Shown here: piece by piece, positions 63,218 to 64,000 of the stretch
Numbering within the stretch: the stretch's first letter is position 1
Layout: the number at the start of each line of letters is the position of its first letter
Assembly: GCA_001600815.1 (NCBI GenBank)
Contig: BCKZ01000005.1
Coordinates: forward strand, 974,875 to 1,038,874
Length of the DNA stretch: 64,000 nt
Source: Alloascoidea hylecoeti
Taxonomy: Eukaryota
Reading direction: 5' to 3'
Notes under the pieces: generated by a model
Seen by the model: the letters and a program-made list of their open reading frames with translations, nothing else
What the model was told of the DNA's origin: nothing
Databases searched by the model: none
Translations under genes and position numbers: made by a program

Positions 63218-64000
63218 ATGATTTCTAATTCCCCTTGGTTTCCCAAATTCGTGCTTTTCACTTTGTCTCTGTGCATATTAAATCTGATATATACAACCTC
63301 ATATCTCACTTATTCTTTTTATAAGAAGAATGACTATGTATCAATACATCCAATAAATACCAAAATTCATCACCATATAAATACAAATGTAAATGCAACA
63401 GTAGATGATTATCTCAAAATTTATCAAAAAAAATCAAAAGATGATACTACTAAATCAATACAAGAAATTTTAGATTTGAATATAAACTCTTATTTTAAAG
63501 ATCCAATATATGATTTAATTCCTGAAAATTTAATCACTCTCATAAATAAATCTTTCCCATTAACTTTTGATCAAGAATCTCAATTAAGAATTTTTTTAAA
63601 TGAACAAATTAATGATTTAAAAGAAGAAGAAAAAATCTCCCAAGAAAAAAATTATAAAACAACTGATTTATTTAAACTACATCGATTAAATAGAAAAGCA
63701 ACTTTACGTGATTTTTTAAGAAATTTAATTCCAATTCAATTTAATGAAAATGATTATGATTTAAAAACTGGAAAATTAGAACCTTCTGGTTTAAAAATTG
63801 CAATTGTTTCTGCAACCGATGGAAAAGGTGCAAAATCAAAAAATATGTTTAAACAAGTTTATCAAAATAGACAAGAATATTGTGATTATCATGGTTATAT
63901 TAATGCATGGTATAATTTATCTCATTATGAATATCCAAAAGATCGTGGAAGAGAATGGGGGAAAGTTGAAGTTATACGTAAAGCATTTGATGATTTTCCA
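63218..64000 (+). CDS. GT34-family glycosyltransferase (Gma12/Gmh/Mnn10-like), type II membrane protein; truncated by the window end
   Basis: Missing from the ORF track. Open frame MISNSPWFPKFVLFTLSLCILNLIY (TM anchor)...KIAIVSATDGKG...YQNRQEYCDYHGY...EWGKVEVIRKAFDDFP. Confidence 0.8.
   Translation, partial: MISNSPWFPKFVLFTLSLCILNLIYTTSYLTYSFYKKNDYVSIHPINTKIHHHINTNVNATVDDYLKIYQKKSKDDTTKSIQEILDLNINSYFKDPIYDLIPENLITLINKSFPLTFDQESQLRIFLNEQINDLKEEEKISQEKNYKTTDLFKLHRLNRKATLRDFLRNLIPIQFNENDYDLKTGKLEPSGLKIAIVSATDGKGAKSKNMFKQVYQNRQEYCDYHGYINAWYNLSHYEYPKDRGREWGKVEVIRKAFDDFP

Overview
Very AT-rich nuclear DNA from a budding yeast (Saccharomycotina; intron-containing, CUG apparently read as Leu, stand-alone UDP-glucose 4-epimerase, so probably an early-diverging lineage). 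1-24 kb is mostly conserved housekeeping genes: two tandem PSD2 paralogues, an F-box/WD40 pseudogene, SRP101, HER2/GatA, HAS1, SLH1 and dynamitin. 24-60 kb is an accessory, decaying region. It holds a PDR-type ABC transporter pseudogene, a Fungal_trans protein without a zinc cluster, an alcohol acetyltransferase, a phospholipase B, a CaMKK-like pseudokinase, TA-flanked MITEs and a pogo/Fot1 transposase remnant. 60-64 kb holds a nucleotide-sugar transporter, an epimerase and a GT34 glycosyltransferase side by side. Three observations stand out. (1) A PD-(D/E)XK nuclease ORF (51611-52939) is joined to a kinase ORF by a CCC-TTT-TAA-C shifty-stop site, which gives a Spok/CR-effector-like nuclease+kinase architecture with a candidate programmed +1 frameshift (possible single-gene poison/antidote). 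(2) A fossil tandem segmental duplication (24.5-43.7 kb) shows reciprocal block loss at 6-bp microhomologies. (3) The catalytic ends of the two otherwise diverged PSD2 paralogues are almost identical. All calls come from reading the sequence by eye; no searches were run.
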